NCBI RefSeq assembly: GCF_031769215.1
Contig: NW_026782148.1
Coordinates: 310,001-374,000, forward strand
From: Ylistrum balloti
Taxonomy: Eukaryota
Length of the DNA: 64,000 bases
Reading direction: 5' to 3'
The notes under the pieces are model-generated. The model did no database searches, had not been told where the DNA came from, and worked only from the letters and a program-made list of their open reading frames with translations. Below, piece by piece: positions 1 to 12,300 of this stretch. The position numbers and the translations under genes are program-made. Positions within the stretch are counted from its first letter, which is position 1. Each line of letters begins with the position of its first letter.

Positions 1-391
1 TTGGTACTAAACATACCATCATAACAGATACTACTATAGGGAATGTAGATGCTGATAACTCTTTACTACTTGTCATTAAGAAAGGTGCTCATTTGAACTC
101 CTTCTGAAGAGAAGAATTAGGTTTTTAGAATTTTGAGTCTTGTCAAAGAACTACAATTTTATGTCTGTGATGAGATAAAAAGTCTTGATTAGTAACTGCC
201 CAGACATGTCTGTATCGTTATAGGATAATTGTCATTTTTAATTGATATTTGGTTTATTGGCTATATAGTGCTATACCTCTCATGTTGGATGTTCATATCA
301 AAAGGACAGTACCTATCACCCATCTGATTGACTTATATACAGCTTACATGTAGTTTCAATGAGAAGTATATTATGTATATACCTTTTGTAG

Positions 392-3300
392 GAAAAAGCA
401 GAATTAGAACAACTGACAGCAGAAATTAATCGCAAAGCCTCTGAGTTAGAGCGGTTCCGTCAGGCACTAGATCGTGACCGACAGGACACAGAACGCCTTA
501 ATCTTGACAAACGTTCACTGGAGGACCGTATATCAGCCATGACACGAGAAAAGGAGATGTTGGATGATAACTGTAAATCACTGGACAACAAAATCAACCA
601 AATGAAAAGGTTTTTTGTAGCCATCAATTTGTTCTGTTAACTGTAGCGTGGAAAATGATAGGGTCACAGTGATATTTACAAGGCAACACATGATGTAGCT
701 CGTTACCCTTTCTTCTAAGTTTGTAATAATGTGATGTTACATCACAAAGCCAACTGATGCAACACAAATCCAGGTCTGTAGCTGCTGTTTGACCTGTCCA
801 AATAAGCTATTCATATGTAATGCCTACGCTCTCCTTGTTAAAGAGTAAAAATATCACTGAATATTGTGTGTTATTCCTTTGCAGAACACATAATATCATA
901 GAGGAAAAAATGGATACCTCTGCCAAGCGACTGGAATCATTAGAGATAGAATTACGACAACGGGAGAAAGAAATGGACGAGGCAAATCATCAAAGAACAG
1001 CCCTGCAGAAAGAAATACACTCCCTCAAACAAACATCTAAAGGTATGTACTGCCTCAAACAAACATCCAAAGGTAGGTTCTGTCTCAAACAAACATCCAA
1101 AGGTATGTACTCCCTCAAACAAACATCCAAAGGTATGTACTGCCTCAAACAAACATCCAAAGGTAGGTTCTGCCTCAAACAAACATCCAAAGGTATGTAC
1201 TGCTTTAAACAAACATCCAAACGTAGGTTCTGCCTCAAACAAACATCCAAAGGTAGGTTCTGTCTCAAACAAACATCCAAAGGTAGGTTCTGTCTCAAAC
1301 AAACATCCAAAGGTATGTACTCCCTCAAACAAACATCCAAAGGTATGTACTCCCTCAAACAAACATCCAAAGGTAGGTTCTGTCTCAAACAAACATCCAA
1401 AGGTAGGTTCTGTCTCAAACAAACATCCAAAGGTATGTACTCCCTCAAACAAACATCCAAAGGTAGGTTCTGTCTCAAACAAACATCCAAAGGTAGGTTC
1501 TGTCTCAAACAAACATCCAAAGGTATGTACTCCCTCAAACAAACATCCAAAGGTATGTACTCCCTCAAACAAACATCCAAAGGTATGTACTGCCTCAAAC
1601 AAACATCCAAAGGTAGGTTCTGTCTCAAACAAACATCCAAAGGTAGGTTCTGTCTCAAACAAACATCCAAAGGTATGTACTCCCTCAAACAAACATCCAA
1701 AGGTATGTTCTGCCTCCAACAAACATCCAAAGGTTTGTACTACTTCAAACAAATGGCCAAATATTGCTTTAATAAACACTTTAACCCTTGTATCTGATGG
1801 TTTTTTGGCTTATCTTTCTCCTTTCACAGCAAGATAAGGACCAGTTACAGGGACAAAGTTAAAAACAAGATTGTGTTTATAAGTGAAGAGAAAATTATAT
1901 GAAGTCAGTGATTGCTATAGGTGTGATTTACCTCTGTAATTTGAACTATTTCAGAAACGAAGGCAGAGCTGAAAGCATTAAAAGAACATGTGAGAGAAGC
2001 TGATGACCAGTCCAGACATCTAGAACAGGTAAGTTATACGCTACTATAGAACTTCCTAGGGTCTATGAAGGATGATCAGTGCAATATCTCTCCTCAGAAT
2101 TGTCACATTTACATTTGTTTCGTGACCTAACTTCATCATCCAGAAAACACCTTTCTTGGGGTTTTTTTCCATAGTAGTATAGATAAATGTTATTGCTCTT
2201 AAACAGAAAATACTCCAACACATGTTAAACCATGTTACAAATTTGATTGAAATTATTAGGGACACAATCAGATTATGAAAATGTAGATAGCTCCATGTGT
2301 GAAAATAAAAGTATAATATAGCTGTTTAAGTTTGCTAGCTCAAAAAATGAACCCTGTAAATGTTTTATAATTTAAAATCATATTGCTGAAATCTATGAAT
2401 AAATTACAATGAGATACCATCAAAAATTTCAAAGTAAAAAGTTTTTACGAAAACTTTGTTTTTTTTTTTATCAGGATCTTCGTGAAGTAACACATCAACG
2501 AGATGAATCTAAGCTGGAGATGGAACGTCTGAATGAAGCTATCCGGACGAGTCGGCAATCCTACGAGGATTACATACGACAGGAGAAGCAGAAACATGAA
2601 GAGCTTCAGGAACTTCTCAAGTCTGTGGCTGAGAAGGAATTTGAATACCAGGAGGCACGCATGGTAAATAGGCTAATAAAGTTAAAAATTGTGTTAGGAA
2701 GTACATCACCACTGATACTTAGTGTCCTCAGTATTAGAGGCATTCTGGGTAATCAGTTTACAGGCAGATAATTAACAGCAGAGCAAACTATAGAAAAACT
2801 ATAAGGTATAGATACAAGACAGCAAACTATAGAAAAACTATAAGGTATAGATACAAGAAAGGGAACTATAGAAAAACTATAAGGTATAGATACAAGGAAG
2901 TGAATCATAGAAAAACTATAAGGTATAGATACAAGAAAGAAAAACTATAAGGTATAGATACAAGAAAGGGAACTATAGAAAAACTATAAGGATACAAGAA
3001 AGGGAACTATAGAAAAACTATAAGGTATAGATACAAGGAAGTGAATCATTGAAAAACCATAAGGTATAGATACAAGAAAGTGAACTATAGAAAAACTATA
3101 AGGCATAGATACAAGACAGTAAACTATAGAAAAACTATAAGGTATAGATACAAGAAAGGGAACTATAGAAAAACTATAAGGTATAGATACAAGGAGGTGA
3201 ATTATAGAAAAACTATAAGGTATAGATACAAGGAAGTGGAAGGTATAGATACAAGAAAGGGAACTATAGAAAAACTATAAGGTATAGATACAAGGAAGTG

Positions 3301-6300
3301 AATCATAGAAAAACTATAAGGTATAGATACAAGAAAGGGAACTATAGAAAAACTATAAGGTATAGATACACAGTAAACTATAGAAAAACTATAAGGTATA
3401 GATCTATAGAAAAACTATAAGGTATAGATACAAGGAAGTGAATCATAGAAAAACTATAAGGTATAGATACAAGAAAGTGAATCATAGAAAAACTATAAGG
3501 TATAGATACAAGGAAGTGAATCATAGAAAAACTATAAGGTATAGATACAAGGAAGTGAATTATAGAAAAACTATAAGGTATAGATACAAGAAAGGGAACT
3601 ATAGAAAAACTATAAGGTATAGATACAAGGAAGTGAATCATAGAAAAACTATAAGGTGTAGATACAAGGAAGTGAATTATAGAAAAACTATAAGGTATAG
3701 ATACAAGGAAGTGAATTATAGAAAAACTATAAGGTATAGATACAAGGAAGTGAATTATAGAAAAACTATAAGGTATAGATACAAGAAAGGGAACTATAGA
3801 AAAACTATAAGGTATAGATTAAAATGCATCTGCTTAAAGCATATTTAAAGCAACTATATCATATACCTTGGAACTTCAGCATATTTTTAAGTTTAAATCA
3901 TAGGGAGAAATTTTATGGAGATTCTTGTATAAAACTGACAAATTTTGAAAATATTATGGGAAGTCTTATTTACAGCTAAGATTGAATAAATGATAAACCT
4001 TCTTTTTGCAGGCTCTCAGCAAAGTAAGAAAAGAAGTGGAAAGAGAGGAAAATAAACTGAACAAGGTAGGGGGCCATTAAAGATGTACTAATCATTATTT
4101 CATTATGCATGCATCTCCAATTAATGCTAAAAGCAATGTGTGCTTCTATTCTAATCACAACCAATATTTTGGTTTCATCCTTTCTAATTTAACTTCGATA
4201 TTAATAAAAGTAATTCATTTGACCTTGTCCTGAAAATAACATACAATTCTTTTTTTTCTACAATTTTTCTGAGCACTTTTGAAAAATCAATTTCAACAAT
4301 AGGTGAATAAAAAGTGAATGTACCAAGTATAATGGTAAAATTATGGAAAGCAAAATGAGTATGAATAGGATTAACTAGAAGAAAAAAAAGTGGGTTTTTT
4401 TTTCTTTCAATTTCCAGTACAAGTAATTTGTCTTTATGGATATTATTTTCCAATAGCTGTTACTTCCAAAAGATAATGATTAATGATAAAATTCAACCGC
4501 TTCAACCTTTTGATGTACTATCAATTAATGCTGTAGTTAGTTTTTTTGATAACTCTCATAAATTCTATTGACATGGTTACATGTAGTCCTTTAAATTCTC
4601 ATGGCACAAATTCAAGTTGATCAAAAAATAATTGTCAGATTTTAAGAATTCTTTCATTCACACTTGCAAGCTGTTTGGAGAGGTTTCACACATTTAAAGT
4701 TTCAAGTGTCAGAAAGACACAGACTTCAAACCTTTTGATAAACAGGTGTGTCTAAAACACCGAGTCTTTCCCTCAAAATATGGAGAGATGGGGCAAGTAT
4801 GCTGAGATTATTGGAAAATGAATAGTTCAGATAAATGCAGATTACATCAGTATTCCAAGGTCATTTGTAACCATGGTAACTGACTTCTCACTATGACACT
4901 GGCCATATTTGTACTCAAAGTCTGTTCAGCCACCTTACAACTTTCAACTTTCAAATCTGTTTCAAAATATTACACTATGCCAGCTTTATTTTAAACTTTC
5001 TTTTGTTTGAATACATTTCCACATCCATGATTCTGTGGTGCAAGACATTGTGAAGTAGTGATTGTAAGTGGATATTTTCTATAGAATCAGCTGTCTTTTG
5101 TGCAATCAAAAATTTAGGACATACACTTAGCATTAGGTATAGTGACCTCCTCCATTCAGAAGTGTCTGTAGTTCTGAGAATGCCTGACTTTTGGAGGCTG
5201 GAATTGTTCCCTTTACAAAGGATCAGAAATGCTGTGGTGATGCTGAGCAGACTTTTGGGGGCTGGAACTGTTCCTATTTATAAAGGAACAGAAATGCTAC
5301 GGTGATGCTGAGCAGACTTTGAAAAATGTAACCCTGTAATTACTGACCTATGATCTATCTCCTTTGTCTGATGGTGTTTTCAGCTGGTCAGTAACGCTAA
5401 CCTTGAACTGGACAATATCAGGAGTGACCTTCATGATAAACAGTTAGAGCTAGAGCAGGCCACTCTCGCTATGGAAAACTTCAAGGTTGGTCTTTTGTCT
5501 GTAAGCCCCAGTAATTTAGCCTGTGTTTCTCTTTCTGTGACAGGTATTTAAATGTGGTGATAAAGAAGCTTTATGGTATTGATGTTGCAGATTGATAATT
5601 TTATTTCTATTGCATTAAAAGTTCAACCTTTCAATTTGAAATAAAATCAAAAAGTTTCCTTTTCATTGAATCAATAAATTTAAGTATTGTGACAGATTTG
5701 TTTGTATCATGTGAAATGTATTGTGATGATCCTCAGAGATGTGAGTGTATTTCATTACAAAGTCTGTAATACAAGTTAGATAGTTTTAACTTTCCCTCTC
5801 CCCTTCCTCAATTACAAATAACCAATTGTAGCCTGTTAATGCTATTAACATCCCAGGAATGATTTAATAATTAGTCTACAGGCTCACTGGTCATCAACAT
5901 GTTCAGACATGTTTTGTACAAGTGAGGTTGACCAGTCTTTAACATCCTGATCAACATTCTGCCAACAAACTCACAATAGTGATAGTTTGGGGTAAAATTC
6001 AGGTTGGGAACATATCAAGAGCAGATTTTCTAAACTATCTGGCCACTGTATACCCAGTACATATTGTGGCCAAGATCATGTTCAATTCACAAGTCCTGTG
6101 TGGTTAATTCTGATGTTTCCTTAGAAGTGTTTTTAGATAATTTTATGTGAGAAGCAATTCTGAATTACATGTAAATAAACAGGGTTTTTTTTTGCTTGTA
6201 TATATATATTTGTAATCCTTCCATACTCTCTATACCACAAACTTTTTCTTATTTTCTATAGAGGTGAAACAACCATTCATTATTCAGTAATTAGTATAGA

Positions 6301-9300
6301 GTCTGTTTGCTTTATACTTATTTTAACTTGATCACTTTTTATTTTATTTCTGTTTCTGTCTTGATTTCCTTCGTAGTACTCGTAAGTCCTTAATTAACAC
6401 TCGCAGTATTCTACATAGTCAACAACTGACAGCACAGTGACTGTCTAAAATATAGCATTTATAAATCAAATTATGTGAAAAATCCCAGTGCTCTCGATCT
6501 GCCAGATTTGAGGCCAAATTCCCAATGCAAAATAGCATCTTTTTTCCCAATTTAGACTCCAAGTTTTCCCAATTCTATGGAAAACACCATTATTTTTCCC
6601 AATTCTAAGGGCCGCGGTCCCCAGTCCCAAAATGGGGTGTGAGAGCCCTGAATCATGTTTTTGTATGAATCTTTTAATTTTCTGTGTGATTGTTATAAAA
6701 TAAATATTATTTACAGGAAATATATGGTTTGTTATTATTGTATTGGAATATTTCAGAGAGAAACTGAACAACTTCAAGCTAACGAGGAGAAATTTCATGA
6801 AATGGATAAAATCATAAAAGATTTAGGTAAGTCTTTTAAAAAGTGTTTAAAGATATTACATGTAAATTACCTTTCAGTGAAAATTCATCTACATTAGGTC
6901 TGAACACATTGAGAATATTAGGGCTGTTTTTCTGACTTAGACGGTCGGTACTATAGCAGTGATAATATCGCTAAATTCTAACAGATTCTCACTACTTTTA
7001 TTTTAGGAAAGATTTCTCTTGTATTAAAATGGTAGTTCACAACAATTTAAAAGATATTTCATTTGATTAACATTTTTCTTGGCAGAAAGGGAAGTAGCTA
7101 ACAGGAATGAGGAAAAAAGTGAGCTTGCAAAAGCCTTGTCACGATCCTATGAGGAGCTACAGAAACTACGCACAGAGGCAGCTCAGGTAATTATAAGGAC
7201 CAAAAGATGTAGCTAGTCTTTTTGTATCAAAGCTACTTGTGTAGTGCAGCACGGCTCTGCTACTGGTTTTCTAGGTTTTTTTTTTAAGAGTGCCATTTCC
7301 AAAATCTTAAATACTGTTGATACAATTTCCTGTCTTTCATTTGTAGATTAAATGAATTCCTAAACGGTGGTGGATAGATGAATGCTTCCTGTAGATTTTC
7401 TTCAGATTACAATTATCTTATGCTGAAATTGAAATTGTCTCTAATCACACTTTTTATTTGATTTTTCATTCAAAATATCTGTTTTAGTTCTTTGTTTTTT
7501 AAATTCATTATTATGTATAATTATTCTGCTGCCTCTCCTTATTTACATAAAAGGGTGACAGTAAAGAAAAAACTTACTTCTTTTTGTTCTGTGTCTTCTT
7601 TTTTCCTTCAAATACCTTTATTAAAATTATGTGTGTGAATTTTAATAATTATCTCCCAATTTCCCAAAATTCTTCACTCATAAACTCCTTTAATCTGTTA
7701 TGATTCTCTCCCTTGTATTTACTCTTTGGTGTTGTGTTGGAACCTCCTATTTATACCTTAACATGCCTCATGTGTTGCACCTATAGGATCATACAAAGAC
7801 AACGAGAGAACGTCTTCAGATGGAAAATGCACTGCATGATATGCAGGTTCAGTTAGAATTAGCGAAACAGGTAACGACAGGAGAGTAGTGTAGAGTATGA
7901 TATTGTGTGACGTGCATGGAATCAGGTCCAAGTTACTCAAAGCTAAACGTATATAAATACAACGATGCGGCAAGTGCTTTGTTCTTAAAAATTAGTTCTC
8001 ATATTGAGAAAGTGATAAGCCCTGTATGATTTGGCCATGAGTACTGCAACAAGTGAACTTCTGTAATGGTGGTAAGTTGGGTTGAATTATGGCCCATCAC
8101 AGCCAGCAGGCCAGGTGGTTCAGTTGTATGTACTTGATTATTTGATTGATATTCTTTAAGGCTTTTGTTTCTTTAGTGATATTTTTGATGGATGTTTTTC
8201 ACACTGTAGAGTTACTTGGACCAGACACTTTTGCATGGCAGAAACTGCAGACAACTTGCTAGTGAAAGGATATAGTGGCTTTTATAACAAGTGTGCTTAT
8301 AATTGGGTATAATATCTACAACCTAACACATTTGTTAAAACCTATAATATATATTACATCTCTAGATATATAACCTTTTTGACCTCTTGAGTTTTAGAGA
8401 TATCAACATACAAACATTAGGCTAGGTTAAGATATTGTGATCCCATAGAAGACCTTTATTATGTTCCCCGTAGGGAAAGCGTATAGTCGCCAGTTTGTCC
8501 ATCCGTCATAATTTTGTCCAGAGCATGATGCAAAAACCGAAGAGATATTAACATAAATCTTTATAGGTAGATAGATTTCAACAAGAGAAGTGCAGTGCAC
8601 CAGAACAAACACTCATTTTTGCATAATTCAGAAGTTATTGAGGTTTATTATTTTTCATACTTTAATTTTGTCTGGAGCATTACACTAAACTATAAGAAGT
8701 ATCAACATGAAAGTTCATAGGTAGATAGATCTTAACAAGGAGAAGTGCAGTGCATCAGAATCATAACTCCTCTTTGCATGATTTAGGAGTTATTGCCCTT
8801 TGTTATTTTTCATACTTAAAGTTTGTCTCATTTGGGAAGCATAACCTGTCTCTGATGGCCCTTGTTATGATTATGATGGTATGGGAGTGTTTGTTATTCA
8901 GTTATGTATCAATGTCACCAGTAGTGGTTTGATATTGTATTGATTATCAGTCCTAGGCCTGGAAACACCTAGTATTGGCACCTGTAATAAACACTACACC
9001 TGTCACATTTCTTCCTTGTCTGTACAAATGTCCTCCTTACCATGTATAATTCCAGCAATGTTAACAGGAATGGGGCTTCAGTATGTAATGTTCTATGAGA
9101 AAAGTATATATATTTATATTGTAATAAACCACTTCCTCCTCACATTCTGAACTCTACATTATTAGCTTTTACTTAATTAGAACATGGAGGAACAATCATT
9201 CATGTTTAACAGATCACCTTACATAAAAATTGTTCTGCCATTGTAGCTTATTACAAATGTTTGAGTATATTTGCTTGAGATTTTTTTTTCACACTGACAT

Positions 9301-12300
9301 TTGAAGTTTTGTGATTGGAGTTTTCTCTACTGATAACCTTTTCCTTAAATCTAGTAGTTTGAGAACAGATATAATTTTATGTCCAGATTGAGATAAGATT
9401 TATAAAAAGTAAATATGGTACTGTGGTTTGTAGTGTTGTGTGGCTTGTACCATAATAGTTAAACTAATGTTGACCCCTACAGGAGATGAAACACATGCAG
9501 AAGAGAACAGCTTCCCAGGTTTCTGAACTCCAGAACATTGCTGAAGTCCAATTCAACAAAGCAAACAGACTAGACAGTGAGATTGCCAGAATCCGCAAGG
9601 ACAACAAGGAGATGAGGAAACAGGTCAGCATAGGGTCAGATGTACAGGCCTAAGGTCAAATTTGGGGTCAGACATAGAGGCTAAAGGTCAACTAAGGATA
9701 AAAGTTTTCATATCAATATGGGAGCTTTAGTTTGGTACATAAATGGTCCCACAGTTCACAGACTGACATGAAGTAAAATTCCAAGGTTATCAGGATTGTG
9801 TTTACATTATCACAAGGAACATCAGACTAAAGGCCAAATGTGAGGCAACAAGGGATATATTAGGAAAATAATAAGAAACGAAAAGATTAGATCTAAACTT
9901 CATTGCTTCTCAAGATCATGCTATTGGGACAGCAGGTACAATTCTTATGTCATACATGCAGGCCATAGGGGTCAAGGGTTAAAGTGAATATTACTTTGAT
10001 ATATGAGGGTATCTTACAGGTCAACATGAGGTTTGAGTAAATGGGGGGGGGAGGGTACAAAAAAAACATTAGAAGTTAGAAAAGTCGCAACTTACAATGT
10101 CAGGTGATAGTTGATAAAGAGGTCTTATTGAAATAGACTAAGGTGTAAGGCAAAATATACTTTAGAGGTGTCACACTCTGCCCATTTCATCTACAGCTCA
10201 TAGTTCAACATGAAAGTCAGCTTACAAGAGATATTTTCCGATGTCATCTTCTTGAGCTAAAATATTTCTCATCTACACATGCTTGACATGCCTGACATAT
10301 AGATATCTCACATAAAAACCTGATTTTTTTTTCTGCTTGATTTTTTTTGCATCACCAGTCATATTATCTTAATTTATCGTAATTAATCATCATAATCATC
10401 CTCAGTTTTATAATTATTCATCGCGTGGCACTCTAGCAGCACGCTATAGATGATTTCTATAATTTGGTATCTGGGTGTCTGTCATCTGTATGGTACTACA
10501 TGGCTTTGGTAACATTTAGTGTTGTACAAGTACCTAACTACATATGTATCTTCTCATCTGGTTTTCCACCTAATAAGAGCCATTTAGACACCACCTGTAC
10601 TACCTCCTATTCAAATGTCCTTTCTTTTACCTTAATTGAACTAAGTACTTGAAGTATTTCATAGTATTTTTCTTTTATAGTTTTGTATGTCTCTGCAGCA
10701 ATTTTATGCCAAAGGCTCTTAATAGGTTGAATACAGCATCAAACTGCAAATATATCAAATCATTGATGGGATATGGACTCTGTATTTAGAGTTGTAGAAA
10801 ATTTCATTACAGCTACTAACCCAAAATGAACTCCTAGAAACTGAGAAAATGATAGAGGAGAAACTCAGAGAACTTGATTTTAACTGTGAACATGAGGAAG
10901 ATAGTGTAAGTATTGGTGGGCTGTATCTAGGTCTGTAGTTCTACACCAGCCTTCAGATATAACACCTTGTTTCTTGCACCAATTCTAGCATGGGGTCTAA
11001 ATATACGGGTCTTTTTATCAGAAAAAGAACATCAGTCTATTAACATACTCCCTAGTTACTGATTAATATCAACAACAGATAATTGAAAATGTTTCCATTA
11101 GTAATACACCACGGTCTCAAATTGCTCTGAATCAAGAAGGTTTCAAATGAATGGTCATAAGGATTTTGACAAGAAGCTTGACCTGAAGGCCCTGCTGGCC
11201 TAGACTGGAAACTCTCTTGTGTAGACTCTAGACTAGAACTAACATTTAGTATTAAATTGATGTCTAAATCTTCACTGAAGCTTGATCTTCATTATATAGA
11301 TAGTAAGATATCAGAATCATATATTACCTGGTGTGTTAAATTATACAGGATATTATAGTACCTAGCTGTTCTCAAGTTTCACAGTTTCTCCACACACTCC
11401 TAACCCTTATCAAGCTCCCATCACACCTTTCCTACCTCAACCCAACCTTAGATGACCTAGACCTTATATAGATAAGTAATGTACTTATTGTAATCATTGG
11501 AAGTTATAGATGGCATCATATTTCCTTGGTGAAGTAATTTTATCTCTTGAAGTTTTCACAGCTGATTTTACTGGTAATGTTCACTCATCCAAGTGTTTGT
11601 AAGGTGTGGAGAGGATGCACTTGTTTTCTTCTTTTATCTTAATTAGTATTTATCATCATATTCTCCACAAGCACAAGCATATTGATATTTCCATTATTTA
11701 TGTACACAAATGTAGATAACATTTACATAGTTGCATTTTTTGTGTGTTTCTTTTTCTTCATCTTCATTTGTCTCTTTGCCTTCATTGACCTTTTAGCAAG
11801 GTCCTGAAAACTCTTGTCAGAATGGGAAGTCTTCTGCAGAAGAGAAGCATGTAGTGGACCACGATCAGAGTGAAAAATTAGAACGTCACCTTGATTCCCT
11901 GAAGGAGAACCTTCCCAAAACATCTGAGGTTTAGATCTGTCTCTGTTAGCCACATGTAGAGCTTCTATTTAGCCACCATGTATACCATGTATCGTAGACA
12001 CTTCTGTATTCTGTAGTTTGCACTGCTTGTAATTAGCTGCACATAGATAAACCTGTGTATTATATATAGGAAAAATCATGATTATTATATTTCATGATTA
12101 ATGGAGAACTTCATGTATGGCTGTACAGTTAAGTGGGAAAATAAATAAAACATATCTGAGGTGATTACAATTTCTTATTGAGCTAAGATACATGTGTACA
12201 TTTGTACTAAATTGTTCAGCTGAAGTATTGATATGAGGAGGGTATGTAAAATTGTAAAAAGGGTTATTCACAACCCAGTGTGGAAAGTTGGGTAGAAGCA

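Noticed and set aside
820-884. N-terminal part of the 325-aa ORF (MPTLSLL...)
   Set aside because: It is intronic; the real exon starts after the TTCCTTTGCAG acceptor at 885.
952-1779. Minus-strand ORFs of 275 and 246 aa (TFGCLFE.. and LDVCLRQ.. repeats)
   Set aside because: They are antisense translations of the 30-bp array. The unit lacks stops in those frames and there is no splice or start context.
3080-3848. YRKTIRYRYKEVN-repeat ORFs
   Set aside because: They are translations of the 39-bp intronic minisatellite, and the frames are broken repeatedly by indels.
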